64,000 nucleotides of DNA, taken from an uncultured Verrucomicrobiae bacterium. Lineage in GTDB: Bacteria > Verrucomicrobiota > Verrucomicrobiia > Chthoniobacterales > UBA10450. A program made the position numbers and the translations under genes. How positions within the stretch are numbered: the first letter of the stretch is position 1; each line of letters starts with the position of its first letter. Shown here piece after piece: positions 5,297 to 15,810 of this stretch. The notes under the pieces are model-generated. The model saw only the letters and a list, made by a program, of their open reading frames with translations, had not been told where the DNA came from and ran no database searches. The stretch is taken from the NCBI GenBank assembly GCA_963791385.1, contig CAWBSH010000030.1, positions 188,381-252,380 of the forward strand. Reading direction: 5' to 3'.

Positions 5297-8200
5297 TCAC
5301 GCGCGCACAGGCACGCTGGCAGTGCGCTCGAGTTTGCCCCAGCTTACCCAGGCGCCTTTGATGGCGCGCAGGATGGCTTTCCAGATGCAGTAACTGAGCA
5401 TGGGGCGATAGATCAGGCGCATCGGCAAAATGCGCCAGGCGCGCAGGATCGGTTCGCGTTCCAAAATGCAGGCCAGCGTGGCGAGGAGCACGTCCATCGC
5501 CAGGAATGTGATGATGAACGGCAACACCGCGCGCCACACGCCAAATGGGAGTGAGGCCAGCAGGAACAAATCCACCATGGGCGTAACAGCCACGAGTATG
5601 ATTTGGAAAAACCAAATGTTCGGCAAACTGAACCAGCCGAGCGCGCGATAGTTCCAGTTGAACACCATGTCGCGATGCTTCCATAAACATTGCAAAGTGC
5701 CGTACGCCCAGCGGGAACGTTGCCGCGTCAGCGCGCGCACAGTTTCGGGCGCTTCGGTCCACGCGATGGCGTCGGGCACATACACGATGCGTTGATGCTG
5801 TCTATGTAGCGAGAGAGTGAGATCGGTGTCTTCGGCCAGCGTTTCCAGACTCAGGCCGCCCGCTTCGGTGATCGCATTCTTGCGAATGGCGCTAATCGCA
5901 CCCGGCACAACAGTGATGCAGTTCCACCGGTTATACGCGCGCCGGTCCAGGTTAAAGCCGCAGGTGTATTCCAGCGCCTGACAACGCGCGATGAACGTGC
6001 GCAGATTACCGACCTTCGCATGACCTGACACCGCACCGATGCTGCTTATCTGCAAACGGCTCGAGCAAACGCGGGAGCGTGTCGCGTTGACATTGCGTGT
6101 CGGCATCAATGAAAACAACGATGCCGTTATGCGCGGCAGCGAGACCACGTTGAAGCGCACGGGCTTTTCCGTGATTTTGCTGTTGCAACAATCGGACGCG
6201 CGATTCTCCCCGTGCAATGCGCTCAACTTCCGCAGCGGTTTGGTCGCGCGAACCGTCGTCCACGACGACGACTTCAATTTCGCCTTTGTAATCTGTGGCA
6301 AGGAGGGTGCGCAAAGTTTCCGCGATTACTTTCTCTTCATTATATGCAGCCATCACCACGCTGATCGGCTCTGCAAAATCTGATTTCGGTCCACGACGAA
6401 AACGAAACGCAAGCCAGATCACAATCAGCGTGCGAACAACCACGAGCGCCGTCGCGACGATCATAAAGGCCCAGAGGAATTCCTCGATGCTGTGGTAAAC
6501 GCGAAACCCGGTGCTGCTCACGAAACGGCTGAGCGATTGCGCATTGCCCTGCACCGGTGGCATCAACGCGTCGCGCGTCGTTCCCAGCAACGTGCTCAAC
6601 GGCACAACGGTGTCGCCACGCGTATGCAGCCAATCCAAAATGCGCGGAAGCGCTTCGACGGTTTGCGAGCGGTCGCCGCCCGCGTCATGCAACAGGATTA
6701 CGCTGCCATCGTGTCGTTGTTGTTTGATTCGTCGCAGGATGATGTCTGCCCCCGGCTTCGCCCAATCTTGTGGATCGATATTCTCCAAGACCACGAGGTA
6801 ATTGAGGTCTTCCGCGATTTTCAGCGGAGTCAGTTCACTAAGGTCGGTCGGGCCGGTGTCCGCGGCGTAAGGCGGGCGAAACAAGGTGGTCGCTCGGCCA
6901 GTGATCGTTTCGAGCAATAGCTGTGTCGCGTTCAGCTCCAGCCGTATGTGCTCCGGCCAGCAGAGCGCCAGGTTCGGATGGTAATACGTGTGGTTCCCAA
7001 TCTCGTGTCCTTCATCGACGATCCGACGAACAAGCGCGGGGTAACGCTCTGCGTTTACTCCCACGACGAAAAACGTCGCCTTCACGTTTGCTGCTTTCAG
7101 AATGTCCAGGATCTTCGGCGTCCATTGCGGATCAGGGCCGTCATCAAAAGTGATCGCCACCTGATGCTCGCCGCCCGCGCCCTGGTGATAGAGCGTTGGG
7201 AATTCCGCAAACTTTACATATTTGGCGGTGAGATAGCCGTCTCCATCGACAGCCAGCTTTCGCATCCCATCGGTGCGATCCTCGTCAACGGTGACGATCT
7301 CGCCATCGCCGACGTCCGTGATCGTGTCTGTCGATTTGATCAGTTCGAGCGCCTGTCGGGTTTGATTATCGAACTTGAAATCGCGCGGGACGCTGAGCGC
7401 ATCCCAGATTGCCGGGTCCTCGCTGCCTAAGCGATAAAGCGCGAACCCGCCGGCTTTCTGATCGCGCACCGCGCGCAATTGGTTGAGAAATGTCACAGCA
7501 TCCAGAAACCAAACGCCGTGCTCGGCGTCTTCATCCTCGAAATAAAAGTAGGGGCTGTAACTCGGCCCCTGCACATCGACGCTCTCGATCTCGGCGTCGT
7601 TTGCGCGGCTCATTGCTTCGGAAAAACTGATCAGCTCGCCCTTTTTACCGCCGATCGGCCAGTCGTATCCGTAGCTGCCAATTGCGATGATCCATTGTTT
7701 GGCGTCGGAACCTTCGAGCAGCACGTGTAACCAGCCTTCAAACCAAGAGCGGGAGGCCAGCGGCCCCGGCGGGTCCGTTTCCGAGGTTTCATCGAACAAC
7801 ATCGCCACGAAACGATCAATGTTGTCGCTGAGCGCATCGATATCGACGTAATCGAGCTCCTGCCCGGGCTGCACGCACAACCACAGCTCTTTGTTGTCGT
7901 CATGCAACGCGTCGGCGAACTTGTCGATGAATGCGGTGAGATCCTTCTTGTAAGCCGGGTCGATTTGTTCCCAATCAATTACTACCCCCGCGGCCTTCGC
8001 GTTACGCAAAACCGAGAGCACATTTTCGATAAAGTGATCCTGCCGTGTCGGCGGCCCGTGCGCGAGATTCTCAATGGCCTCCGGCTGCCAGGTGTCACCG
8101 ACCAGATTCGTCAGCAGCGGCATCAGCGCGATGCCTTTGTTCGCCGCCAGTTTTGAGACACGACTATCGGAATCAATCTGCAAGTTCCCCGTGCCATCGA

Positions 8201-8786
8201 TCACCGTCATCCATTCTGGACAGAGATGCGTAATCTGAGCCGCATGTTGCTGGAGCGACGCGTAGCTGTCCGGATCGTCATTCACGTAGAATGCCAGTCG
8301 GACTTCGTTGGCAGGCGGTTTCTTCCGAGGGCGCGGCGAAGTAGCCGGCGCTGTTCCGGCAAGCTTTTTCGCCGCCTGCCGTGCGGCGCTAAATTTTTGC
8401 CACAGCAGAGAAGCCGGAGACAACTGGCCGGCCGGATTCTGTCTTTGCAACGCGCGCAATTGACCCTTCAACTGCCGCAACGAAAACGGCACGTTCATTT
8501 TTGGTGTGACAAAGAGCGTTTGAACGAAAAGCACCAGTGCCACAAAGAACACCACGCCGCCGGCAAGCAGAATGAGACGCAGCCGCGGCCAGCGTTTACC
8601 GCTGGGATCGGAGAAAACAAACGGTGTAACCTGTTCCGGAGGAAACTCAGCCATGCGAGGCATATAATCGCGCAAGTCCGAGAATAAGAAAATCCGATTC
8701 TGTGACGATCGCTTGGGTATCGGAGGCAACCGAAGCGAGGGTGCGACAGCCAAAGTTCTGGGGGATCCGGTACAGGCGTCCGCCAA
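5297..8786 (-). CDS. Tri-domain exopolysaccharide enzyme with an N-terminal TM helix, a GH18-like domain, a NodB polysaccharide deacetylase domain and a processive GT2 synthase domain. There is an apparent frameshift near 6036-6050.
   Basis: ORF 6006-8786 carries VVIDWEQ (GH18-like), VAITFDDGPDP...GHEIGNHTYYH (NodB) and VVMAAYNEEK...VVVDDGSRD...FIDADT (GT2). ORF 5297-6301 continues with IGAVSGHAKVGN...TRQRSRWAYG (the QxxRW motif) and C-terminal TM helices. Confidence 0.8.
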
Positions 8787-8914
8787 GAATAGCGGGATGA
8801 TCAGAGTGTGACGGCGAAGTCAAGCATTGCCGCATCCTTCGCAAGCTACGCACAGGCATGGACACGCCTCCGTGATAAGAGTAGACTTATGTTAATTTCG
8901 AACAGGAGGCCGTA

Positions 8915-9463
8915 ATGAAACATGCTCTAACCGTAATGTTGTTAGCCGGGACCTTCTTGGCCGCGCCGCTCGCCGTGTTGGCTCAGGAAAGCTCCGAATC
9001 CAAATCCGCTGATCAAACGATTGCGAAAATCAAACAATACCGCGAGGCCGGTGAAGAAAAGATCCGGGACAACAAATTCACCCGCAAAGAAATCCCGTTG
9101 ACCGGACCGAACGTAAAGGAAAGCATCAAGCAGAAGTGGCAGAAGATGGATGCCTACTACGAGGGGGACAAGTTAGTAAGGCTGCAGCTCTACCCGCACG
9201 AAGGAATTAGTGGCCGCACAGAAGAGTTCTACCTCATGGATGACAAGCTGGTATTCGCCTATATCCAAGACAAGGGTCCAAAAGACGAGGGAAGGGACAT
9301 GGGACAAGCGGGCAAAGAATTCTATTTCGACAACGGCAAGCTCATCAAATTCGAAGACCGTAGCGGAGAGCCGAACGCCCATCCCGATCAGGAGAGAAAA
9401 ATGTACGAAGCTCGGCTACCATACGAAATCTCCGAGTTGCTCGACATCCTGAAGAAGAAATAG
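8915..9463 (+). CDS. Secreted hypothetical protein
   Basis: An AGGAGG sequence lies 6 nt upstream of the ATG. The signal peptide is MKHALTVMLLAGTFLAAPLAVLAQ. Confidence 0.6.
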   Translation: MKHALTVMLLAGTFLAAPLAVLAQESSESKSADQTIAKIKQYREAGEEKIRDNKFTRKEIPLTGPNVKESIKQKWQKMDAYYEGDKLVRLQLYPHEGISGRTEEFYLMDDKLVFAYIQDKGPKDEGRDMGQAGKEFYFDNGKLIKFEDRSGEPNAHPDQERKMYEARLPYEISELLDILKKK

Positions 9464-9644
9464 CAAGCTGCACCTTCGCGGTTACGCCGGGCACATTTTC
9501 CTGCTACCTGATAAACGACGTTGATAACCGGCGAAGGGGACTCTTCGCTGACGTTGAAAACATGTTGCCATTCGGCGATGGATGCTTGCCACGCTGTAGC
9601 CTTGCGGAGGTGTCTTGGACGTTCAATGTTGAAGGGACTGCCCG

Positions 9645-10193
9645 ATGCATATCGAACCAGATTCACTGCCGACCGGACACCACGGCATCATGCCGCGTTT
9701 GACGAAAGGTCCCACCATTCATTCGAGCGCGTGGGTTGTCCCGGGCGCGACTGTGCTTGGCGACGTAATTCTGGAAGAGGAATCAAGCGTCTGGTACGGC
9801 GCGGTGCTGCGTGGCGACATCAATCGCATTATCATCGGGCCGCGGTCGAATGTTCAGGACAACGCCGTTATTCACGTTGACACAAACTACCCAACAGCCG
9901 TGGGGGAATTGGTCACGGTCGGGCACACCGCGGTCGTTCACGCGTGCACCATCGACAACGAAGTGCTGGTCGGAATGGGAGCCATTATTCTCGACGATGT
10001 AGAAGTCGGCGCGCGTTCCATCATCGGTGCAAATGCGCTCGTGACGATGGGAATGAAAATCCCGCCTGGCTCACTCGTGCTCGGCTCGCCTGCAAAAATT
10101 CGCCGGGCATTAACGCTCGACGAGCAAAAAGACATCGCCCGGTGGGCATGGAGCTACGTCGAAACAGCAAAGCAGTACCGCGAATTTTACTGA
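9645..10193 (+). CDS. Gamma-carbonic-anhydrase-like hexapeptide-repeat (LbH) protein
   Basis: The sequence VVPGATVLGDVILEEESSVWYGAVLRGDINRIIIGPRSNVQDNAVIHVD...VTVGHTAVVHACTI is the left-handed beta-helix family pattern. Confidence 0.8.
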   Translation: MHIEPDSLPTGHHGIMPRLTKGPTIHSSAWVVPGATVLGDVILEEESSVWYGAVLRGDINRIIIGPRSNVQDNAVIHVDTNYPTAVGELVTVGHTAVVHACTIDNEVLVGMGAIILDDVEVGARSIIGANALVTMGMKIPPGSLVLGSPAKIRRALTLDEQKDIARWAWSYVETAKQYREFY

Positions 10194-10206
10194 GCGCCGA
10201 ATCAAA

Positions 10207-10273
10207 TTGTAGGGCGTTTCTGTGAAACGCCACGGGTTTATTGGAGTCGGCGTCTGACACAGACGCCCTACAA
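10207..10273. repeat. Compound palindromic REP-like element, copy 1
   Basis: The element reads TTGTAGGGCGTTTCTGTGAAACGCC-17 nt-GGCGTCTGACACAGACGCCCTACAA. It lies between convergent genes. Confidence 0.8.
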
Positions 10274-10304
10274 TTCGGAATTCTACCGATCCCCGAATGA
10301 ACAA

Positions 10305-11471
10305 TCATAGACCGACGCCAAATGTTCGTGCCAACTCGCGCGCGTTCTCGCGCAATAGTTCGGCTGCGTGGCTCATGTTTTCCTGTTCACTCATCCCCGG
10401 CCGCGCGTTCTCGTAAACACCATCGAACACTTCGCGAACCTCTCGATCTTCCGCTGCGCGGCCGACAATTGCGAACACAGGTTTGCCAAGCGTGCGCGCC
10501 AGTCGTGCCACGCCCGCCGGCGTTTTTCCTTCCAGGGTTTGGCGGTCAAGACTCCCCTCGCCTGTGATCACTAAATCGGCATCTTCCATCTTATCTTTCA
10601 AGCCCACAGCTTCTGCGACAACTTCGAATCCCGGACGAATTTTCGCGTTGCAAAAACTCAACAGGCCGAAGCCGAGTCCGCCCGCGGCGCCCGCGCCAGG
10701 TTCGTTGCGATGATCGAATCCAAACTGTTGGGTGGCAACATCGGCCAGCCGGGCGAGGGCCTGTTCCAAAATGTCGATCTTATCCTTTGTCGCGCCTTTT
10801 TGCGGACCAAACACTCGCGTCGCGCCGTTTTTCCCGAGTAACGGATTCTTTACATCAACTGCGGCAATAATCTTCAACTGTAGAGGCAGCCGTGCCGGCT
10901 GCATTGTCGAATTCGCAGGCGGCACGCCGGCCACTAGAGGGGCCTCAATTTTCGTCAGCCCTTGCAGGTCGCTTACAGCTCCCGTCAGCTCCTTTGCATC
11001 GGAAAAAAATCGGAACCCTAAAGCGCGCGCCATGCCGAAGCCACCATCGTTTGTCGCGCTGCCGCCAAGGCCGAGGACGATTTCGCTCGCGCCGCGCCTG
11101 GTCGCATCCAAAATCATTTCGCCGACGCCAAATGTCGTCGCACGAACGGGATCGCGTTCAGTTTCGGAAAGCCGTCGCATTCCCGCGGCTTCGCTCATCT
11201 CCATCACCGCAAGTTTTTCCTGGTCGATCCACCCATAGCTCGCGTCGATCCGGCGGCCGAGAGGATCGTGCGCCTTGCATTCAACCCTGGAACAACCGAG
11301 TGCATCACAAATCGCTTCGGCTGTTCCCTCGCCACCGTCTGCCATCGGCACTATTTCGATCACCGCGTCCGGCAGCACATCGAGCAGCCCCTTCGCGACG
11401 TTTTCCGCAACCTGCCGCGCGTTGAGCGCCCCTTTGAATTTGTCGGGAGCAATTAAGATTCGCACCCCCAT
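10305..11471 (-). CDS. Glycerate kinase
   Basis: The sequence MGVRILIAPDKFKGALNARQVAENVAKGL...IVPMADGGEGT...GLGGSATNDGG is the glycerate kinase family pattern. ORF 10305-11513 was trimmed to the ATG at 11471. Confidence 0.85.
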   Translation of the reverse strand: MGVRILIAPDKFKGALNARQVAENVAKGLLDVLPDAVIEIVPMADGGEGTAEAICDALGCSRVECKAHDPLGRRIDASYGWIDQEKLAVMEMSEAAGMRRLSETERDPVRATTFGVGEMILDATRRGASEIVLGLGGSATNDGGFGMARALGFRFFSDAKELTGAVSDLQGLTKIEAPLVAGVPPANSTMQPARLPLQLKIIAAVDVKNPLLGKNGATRVFGPQKGATKDKIDILEQALARLADVATQQFGFDHRNEPGAGAAGGLGFGLLSFCNAKIRPGFEVVAEAVGLKDKMEDADLVITGEGSLDRQTLEGKTPAGVARLARTLGKPVFAIVGRAAEDREVREVFDGVYENARPGMSEQENMSHAAELLRENARELARTFGVGL

Positions 11472-11472
11472 A

Positions 11473-11528
11473 TTGTAGGGCGTCTGTGTCAGACGCCAAC
11501 AAAGGCGTTTCACAGAAACGCCCTACAA
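11473..11528. repeat. Compound palindromic REP-like element, copy 2 (inverted, compact)
   Basis: The element reads TTGTAGGGCGTCTGTGTCAGACGCC-AACAAA-GGCGTTTCACAGAAACGCCCTACAA. Confidence 0.8.
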
Positions 11529-11552
11529 CCATGGACGTCGCAACGCGGCATC

Positions 11553-12977
11553 TTACGCTTTCAGCTTCCTTTCTAAAATTTCACCCGCCAACTGTGGATT
11601 CGCTTTCCCCTTCGATAATTTCATCACCTGTCCTTTCAGAAAATTCAGCGAGGCAAGATTGCCTGCTTTGAATTCTGCCACAGGCTTTGGATTCGCCGCA
11701 ATCACTTCATCGCAGAGTGCTTCGAGCGCGCTCATGTCGCTCAGTTGCTCGATACCCTTTTCTTTCACGATCGCAGCCGCGCTTCTCCCCGTCGCGAACA
11801 TTTCTGTAAAGACTTCCTTGGCTTGTTTGCCGCTGATTTTTCCGCTGTCGATTAGGTTGACCAGCTCATCAAGGGCCTCGGGATGAATCGGACATTCGTC
11901 TATCCTTTCGCCGGAAGCGCTAAGTGCATTCTGTAAATCATTGAGGATCCAGTTTGCTACGTTCTTCGGCTTCTTTGCGCCTTTCGCTGCTGCTTCAAAG
12001 TATTTTGCCAGGTTCAAATCGTTCGCCAGCACGGCGGCATCGTAAGGGCTTACCTGATATTGTTCGACGAAGCGTGCGCGTTTGGCTTGCGGCAACTCCG
12101 GCACGCGGCCGCGCGCCTCTGCCACCAATCTTTCGGTTTTCACTGATACAAGATCGGGATCAGGGAAATAGCGGTAGTCATGCGCGAATTCCTTCGTGCG
12201 CATGAGAAACGTTTCGCCAGCGGCGTCGTCCCAGCCGCGCGTTTCCTGTTCAAGTTGTTGACCGCGTTCCAGAACAGCAATCTGACGCCGGATCTCGTAA
12301 GCGAGTGCGCGCCGCACGCCGCTGATCGAGTTCATGTTCTTGATCTCAATCTTCGCTCCGAGCTCGGCCTGCTTTTCACTCCGCACCGAAACATTGCAAT
12401 CACAGCGGAGTTGGCCCTTCTCCATATCAGCGTCGCTCACACCTCCGTAGATCAGGATCTGTTTCAACGCCGTCAGAAACGCGAATGCTTCTTCGGGCGA
12501 ATTGATTTCTGGTTGCGTGACGATCTCCATTAACGGCGTGCCGGCGCGATTGAAATCGATCCCGGTTGTTGTTTCGAAATGGAAACTCTTCGCTACGTCT
12601 TCTTCGAGATGGATGCGCACCAGGTGCACTTCCTTGTCCGGCGAGGCGATATTTTTCTGAGCGTCCTTCGGATAAGCGAGATCGTGCAATGGCACGCTGC
12701 CGTTTGTGCACAACGGCATATCGTATTGCGAAATCTGGTAATTCTTAGGCATGTCGGGATAGAAATAATTTTTGCGATCGAACTTGCTGACTGGCCCGAT
12801 GTCGCATCCAAGCATTAATCCGGTCAGCACCGTCATGCGCAATGCCTCATGATTCATTACCGGCAGCGAGCCGGGCAAACCGAGGCAGATCGGGCATGTA
12901 TGCGTGTTCGGCTCGTTCCCAAATTCAACCGGAGACGCGCAAAACATTTTCGAACGCGTCTTAAGCTGCACATGCAC
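11553..12977 (-). CDS. gatB: Asp/Glu-tRNA amidotransferase subunit B. The N-terminus probably extends ~14 codons upstream with a non-canonical start.
   Basis: The GatB pattern is present: (IGLE)VHVQLKTRSKMFC...PICLGLPGSLPV...YFYPDMPKNYQISQ. The frame stays open upstream to a TAA at about 13043 and reads ...LKSPIPYIATIGLEVH with no ATG. Confidence 0.85.
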   Translation of the reverse strand: MHVQLKTRSKMFCASPVEFGNEPNTHTCPICLGLPGSLPVMNHEALRMTVLTGLMLGCDIGPVSKFDRKNYFYPDMPKNYQISQYDMPLCTNGSVPLHDLAYPKDAQKNIASPDKEVHLVRIHLEEDVAKSFHFETTTGIDFNRAGTPLMEIVTQPEINSPEEAFAFLTALKQILIYGGVSDADMEKGQLRCDCNVSVRSEKQAELGAKIEIKNMNSISGVRRALAYEIRRQIAVLERGQQLEQETRGWDDAAGETFLMRTKEFAHDYRYFPDPDLVSVKTERLVAEARGRVPELPQAKRARFVEQYQVSPYDAAVLANDLNLAKYFEAAAKGAKKPKNVANWILNDLQNALSASGERIDECPIHPEALDELVNLIDSGKISGKQAKEVFTEMFATGRSAAAIVKEKGIEQLSDMSALEALCDEVIAANPKPVAEFKAGNLASLNFLKGQVMKLSKGKANPQLAGEILERKLKA

Positions 12978-13015
12978 TTCAAGACCGATGGTCGCGATGT
13001 ATGGAATTGGAGATT

Positions 13016-13381
13016 TCAGATTGTAGATCTCAAATTTGAAGATGCTGACTTACGCGAGGCTACAAAAATCGCGACCAATTCGCCCGCTTCTGCAAACAAG
13101 GACTGAACTCGTTTTACTGGAAGCAATTTTGACTCAATGATTAATTCGAGCCACAGCTGAGTCTCATCTGCCTCCTCAAGGACCACGCCCATTTTGGCAA
13201 CGAATTCACTTCGGGAGCGAGCGCGACAAGCGGCACGATAATTTGCAGCGACCGACGTGCCGCAGCGAACAAGTTGGTTGGCAATTGCTCGTCCCTCAAT
13301 TGTCTTTGGCAGTGCGGCCACCAGCTTGATAACCCGCAGTGCAAATCGCTTCGTCCGCAGCTTTAACTCGTCAGCTGTCAT
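13016..13381 (-). CDS. Four-helix-bundle protein (23S rRNA intervening-sequence protein / Avd-like family)
   Basis: The sequence MTADELKLRTKRFALRVIKLVAALPKTIEGRAIANQLVRCGTSVAANYRAACRARSRSEFVAKMGVVLEEADETQLWLELI is the characteristic family pattern. Confidence 0.8.
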   Translation of the reverse strand: MTADELKLRTKRFALRVIKLVAALPKTIEGRAIANQLVRCGTSVAANYRAACRARSRSEFVAKMGVVLEEADETQLWLELIIESKLLPVKRVQSLFAEAGELVAIFVASRKSASSNLRSTI

Positions 13382-13418
13382 CCCTCACAATCTGCAATTT
13401 AAGATTTACAATTTGCAA

Positions 13419-14501
13419 TTACTCCTGGATTGCGCGCTGCCGAAGCGCGTTATCGCAGAGGACGAGCGCGGCCATCGCTTCGACGATCGGCACCGCCCTC
13501 GGGAGAACACACGGATCGTGCCGTCCACGGGCAGCAAGCCTGGCCTGCTCGTTTGAACTGGTGACGGTTTTCTGTTGAAGCGCAATGGTCGCGGGCGGCT
13601 TAAACGCAACACGAAAGCAAATGTCTTCGCCGTTACTGATCCCGCCTTGGACGCCTCCGGAGTTATTCGTTTTTGTCCGAATTCTTCCATCACGGATTTC
13701 AAAAGCATCATTGTGCTGCGAGCCCTGCATCCGCGTCGCTGCAAACCCGGAGCCGATCTCAAAACCTTTTGCGGCCGGTATACTCAGCATCGCCTTCGCC
13801 AGGTCTGCCTCGAGCTTGTCAAACACCGGCTCGCCAAGTCCGGGTGGGATGCCGCGCGTGACGCACTCAACGATGCCGCCAATGGAGTCGCCTTGACCGC
13901 GAATCTCCTCGATCAGTGAGATCATCCTTTTCGCAATCGCAGCATCCGGGCAGCGAACAATGTTTTTTTCCACATCTCTGATCGTCACGGTAGAACGGTC
14001 GATCTTCGCCGTGACCTCATGGATTTGCGTTACGTATGCAACGATCTCGAAATCGGCGTAGAAAGTTGTCAAAACCTTCTTCGCAATTGCGCCCGCGGCA
14101 ACGCGGCCAATGGTTTCGCGCGCAGACGCGCGACCGCCGCCTTGCCAGTTTCGGATTCCGTATTTCGCCTCGTAAGTGTAATCGGCGTGCGATGGTCGAA
14201 ATTTGCGCGCGCTCTCGCTGTAATCTTCCGGTCGAGCGTCCTTGTTCCGGACGAGAATTGCGATCGGAGTGCCGAGCGTCTTTCCTTCAAAAACGCCGGA
14301 CAGAATTTCGCATCGATCCTCCTCTTTGCGCTGCGTCGTAAGCTTGCTTTGGCCCGGGCGACGACGATCCAGCTCTCGTTGAACGTCCGCTTCGGAAATT
14401 TGAATGCGTGGCGGGCAACCGTCGATCACTACTCCGATACCGCCGCCGTGCGATTCACCAAAAGTAGTGACGCGAAAGAGCTGGCCAAATGTGTTGCCCA
14501 T
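13419..14501 (-). CDS. aroC: Chorismate synthase
   Basis: The sequence [31 protein letters not shown]...RPSHADYTY...GGRASARET is the canonical AroC pattern. Confidence 0.9.
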   Translation of the reverse strand: MGNTFGQLFRVTTFGESHGGGIGVVIDGCPPRIQISEADVQRELDRRRPGQSKLTTQRKEEDRCEILSGVFEGKTLGTPIAILVRNKDARPEDYSESARKFRPSHADYTYEAKYGIRNWQGGGRASARETIGRVAAGAIAKKVLTTFYADFEIVAYVTQIHEVTAKIDRSTVTIRDVEKNIVRCPDAAIAKRMISLIEEIRGQGDSIGGIVECVTRGIPPGLGEPVFDKLEADLAKAMLSIPAAKGFEIGSGFAATRMQGSQHNDAFEIRDGRIRTKTNNSGGVQGGISNGEDICFRVAFKPPATIALQQKTVTSSNEQARLAARGRHDPCVLPRAVPIVEAMAALVLCDNALRQRAIQE

Positions 14502-14534
14502 TAGAATCGCAAGCTTAAACGAGACGCGCGGAAT

Positions 14535-14583
14535 TTGTAGGGCGTTTGTACCAAACGCCGGCGGCTGGCACAGTCGCCCAACT
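14535..14583. repeat. Compound palindromic REP-like element, copy 3 (right half degenerate)
   Basis: The element reads TTGTAGGGCGTTTGTACCAAACGCC-GGC-GGCTGGCACAGTCGCCCAACTA. Confidence 0.6.
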
Positions 14584-15742
14584 AGATGGCTTCAAGCGCG
14601 CTCTTCAGGTCGTCGATCAGATCGCGAACATCCTCGACGCCAACCGACAGCCTAACGAGCGAATCAGTGATGCCGAGTTTTTGTCGTTGTTCCTTTGGCA
14701 CCGAGGCATGCGTCATGAGCGCGGGATGGTTGATGAGGCTCTCCACGCCACCCAGGCTTTCTGCCAACGCGAACAGATGCGTGTTCTCAAGAAAACGCCG
14801 GGTTCCAGCGAGGTCTGTTTTCAAAACGATCGTGACCATCCCTCCAAATCCACGCATCTGTTGCCGGGCCAGATCGTGTTGCGGATGCGTTTTTAGCCCT
14901 GGGTAATGGACTGATTTGATTTCCTGCTTTTCTTCGAGCCAGCGGGCAATCTCCAACGCGTTCGAGCAATGCCGCTCGATCCGAAGGGCCAGCGTCTTCA
15001 AGCTGCGCAGAACAAGAAAACTATCGAAGGCGCCGGCGATCGCGCCCACCGAATTTTGCAAGAAGGCAATTTGATCAGCGAGTTCCTTGTTTTTCCCGAC
15101 AACGACGACGCCGCCCACCAGATCGGAATGCCCGTTTAAATATTTCGTCGCGGAATGCACAACGATATCGAACCCCGATTCAATCGGTCGCTGAATCCAT
15201 GGAGTCGCAAACGTATTATCGCTAACGGAAATCAATTTCCGTTTGCGCGCGATCTTCGCGATCGCATCAAGGTCGATTAGCTTGAGCAGCGGATTACTCG
15301 GCGTCTCGATCCAAACCATGCGCGTGTTTGGTTTGATTGCCCGCTCAAGATCTTTCGCATCGGTCAAATCGACATAGGTAAAATCAAGATTCGCGGAGCG
15401 CCTGCGCACCCGGTCGAATAACCGGAAGGTGCCGCCATACAGGTCGTCACTTGCGACAATATGAGAGCCACTGTCGAGCACCTCCAGCACTGTCGCCATC
15501 GCGGCGAGGCCGGACGCAAACGCGAACCCGCGCGACCCGCTTTCCAAATCGGCGATGCACTTTTCGTACGCAAGCCGGGTCGGATTAATTGAGCGCGAAT
15601 AATCGTAACCCTTGTGTTGGCCGGGGCTTTCCTGGACATAGGTCGAGGTCGCGTAAATCGGTGTTATCACCGCGCCGGTCGTGGGATCCGGCTCCTGGCC
15701 GGCATGAATGGCGCGCGTCGCAAAGCCCTGTTCTTTTTTCAT
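14582..15742 (-). CDS. PLP-dependent transsulfuration enzyme (cystathionine gamma-lyase / gamma-synthase family)
   Basis: The Cys/Met metabolism PLP family pattern is present: [22 protein letters not shown]...YSRSINPTR...[14 protein letters not shown]. Confidence 0.85.
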   Translation of the reverse strand: MKKEQGFATRAIHAGQEPDPTTGAVITPIYATSTYVQESPGQHKGYDYSRSINPTRLAYEKCIADLESGSRGFAFASGLAAMATVLEVLDSGSHIVASDDLYGGTFRLFDRVRRRSANLDFTYVDLTDAKDLERAIKPNTRMVWIETPSNPLLKLIDLDAIAKIARKRKLISVSDNTFATPWIQRPIESGFDIVVHSATKYLNGHSDLVGGVVVVGKNKELADQIAFLQNSVGAIAGAFDSFLVLRSLKTLALRIERHCSNALEIARWLEEKQEIKSVHYPGLKTHPQHDLARQQMRGFGGMVTIVLKTDLAGTRRFLENTHLFALAESLGGVESLINHPALMTHASVPKEQRQKLGITDSLVRLSVGVEDVRDLIDDLKSALEAI

Positions 15743-15810
15743 GAAACATGGTAGCGCATGCCTCTGGCTTGCGCTCGAAAATTAGTCGCAAGCGAAACGC
15801 ATGCGCTACG

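Noticed and set aside
6948-7430. Long plus-strand ORFs lying inside minus-strand genes. Examples are 6948-7430, 8226-8687, 10732-11238, 36418-37122, 39256-40062, 40426-41235, 49585-50346 (antisense case) and 62711-63631.
   Set aside because: Each lies entirely antisense to, or out of frame within, a gene with clear family motifs. Their translations are Arg/Ser/Pro-rich and low in complexity, as expected for shadow ORFs in GC-rich DNA.
14651-14659. Additional CCTAACGAG matches at 14651, 18249, 37732 and 48011, considered as further attC sites
   Set aside because: All lie inside coding sequences. None has a GTTRRRY partner with complementary arms at about 120 bp. The 18249 match aligns with a non-matching paralogous sequence near 20990.
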